A DNA stretch of 32,000 bases from the NCBI RefSeq assembly GCF_000007985.2, contig NC_002939.5:2340001-2372000 (forward strand), read 5' to 3'. This stretch comes from Geobacter sulfurreducens PCA (GTDB lineage Bacteria > Desulfobacterota > Desulfuromonadia > Geobacterales > Geobacteraceae). The notes beneath the pieces are model-generated. The model worked only from the letters and a program-made list of their open reading frames with translations. It did not search any database and was not told where the DNA came from. Of this stretch, positions 31,527 through 32,000 are shown one piece after another (within the stretch, counting starts at the first letter, position 1; each line of letters starts with the position of its first letter). Position numbers and translations under genes: made by a program.

Positions 31527-31566
31527 CAATCACACGGCAGCACACTGCCGGAACAAGGAGGCCATT

Positions 31567-31971
31567 ATGAGCCCAAAGATTCCACGGCCAAAGGCTGTTA
31601 CCGGTTTCACCATCGAACGCCGGTCGTCATGCGGCAAAATCTACACTACGGTAACACTCTCTCCGGGCACCGCTGTTCCCATGGAAATATTCGTGCGCTT
31701 TGGCAAAGCCGGAGGGTGCGGTTCCGCCATGGCCGACGGCATTGCCCGGCTGGTCTCGTACGGTCTCCGTTCGGGACTTGAAGCAACCGATGCTGTCAAA
31801 GCATTGAGCGGTATCGGCTGTCATCTGGGGAGCAATACCTGTCTCAACTGCGTTGCCGAATCAATCCGCCTGGTACTTGTACATCTTGATACCGGACGGG
31901 ATCTGAACGACTTGATTGAGGAAGCGGCTCTTGCAGAGGCAAACGCCGTAAGCGCCCACGAATTCAACTGA
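31567..31971 (+). CDS. stand-alone TSCPD domain protein
   Basis: AAGGAGG RBS and ATG at 31567. PMEIFVRFGKAGGCGSAMADGIARLVSYGLRSG...LSGIGCH...CLNCVAESI matches the TSCPD domain known from the C-terminus of class II ribonucleotide reductases. The listed 31261 start is an out-of-frame overlap with the previous gene. Confidence 0.65.
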   Translation: MSPKIPRPKAVTGFTIERRSSCGKIYTTVTLSPGTAVPMEIFVRFGKAGGCGSAMADGIARLVSYGLRSGLEATDAVKALSGIGCHLGSNTCLNCVAESIRLVLVHLDTGRDLNDLIEEAALAEANAVSAHEFN

Positions 31972-32000
31972 CACACACTACCCATCGACACCTGGCAGGG

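Noticed and set aside
31261-31566. N-terminal 102 codons of the listed 236-aa ORF (31261-31971).
   Set aside because: This part overlaps the better-supported 31257-31526 gene in another frame. A strong RBS precedes the internal ATG at 31567, where the recognisable TSCPD domain begins.
1-32000. rRNA, tRNA, CRISPR arrays, integrase or att sites.
   Set aside because: I found no cloverleaf-like sequences, no regularly spaced short repeats and no tyrosine or serine recombinase motifs. Absence by eye is not proof, and tRNAscan or CRISPR finders should confirm it.

Overview
The window appears to be a plus-strand conjugative-element backbone interrupted by about 20 kb of minus-strand heavy-metal resistance cargo and three insertion sequences.

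**Left backbone (1-7636).** It encodes a NusA-like protein (5' end off-window), a TM-less VirD4/TraD-like ATPase, a membrane HDIG protein, an F-type TraF/TrbB-like CxxC protein and TraH. A small gene after TraH is split by an IS.

**Cargo (about 7640-27660, all minus strand).**
- An HME-RND efflux operon (OMF-MFP-RND) followed by a P-II-family gene.
- Several small exported Cys-rich, ZraP/Spy-like and lipoprotein genes.
- A CadC-type ArsR repressor, a small membrane protein, a P1B Zn/Cd/Pb-type ATPase and a DUF302 protein.
- An OmpR-type response regulator and a histidine kinase.
- A trio of ZraP-like, PepSY-like and Met-rich lipoprotein genes.

**Insertion sequences.**
- Two apparently identical 1351-bp IS3-like elements (orfA, with orfB in the -1 frame) lie in direct orientation at 6123-7473 and 16569-17919.
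- Each copy has its own 14-bp target duplication.
- The second copy is nested inside an IS4-family element (16448-19052; 19-bp perfect inverted repeats, 9-bp duplication).

**Right backbone (28210-32000).** It encodes SSB, a putative annealing protein, a Cas4-like PD-(D/E)XK nuclease, small TM proteins, a DUF4258-like protein and a TSCPD protein. Three of these genes are preceded by a recurring leader that sequesters the Shine-Dalgarno (SD) sequence.

**Limits.** I saw no rRNA, tRNA or CRISPR array. All family calls rest on motifs read by eye, and no database search was run.
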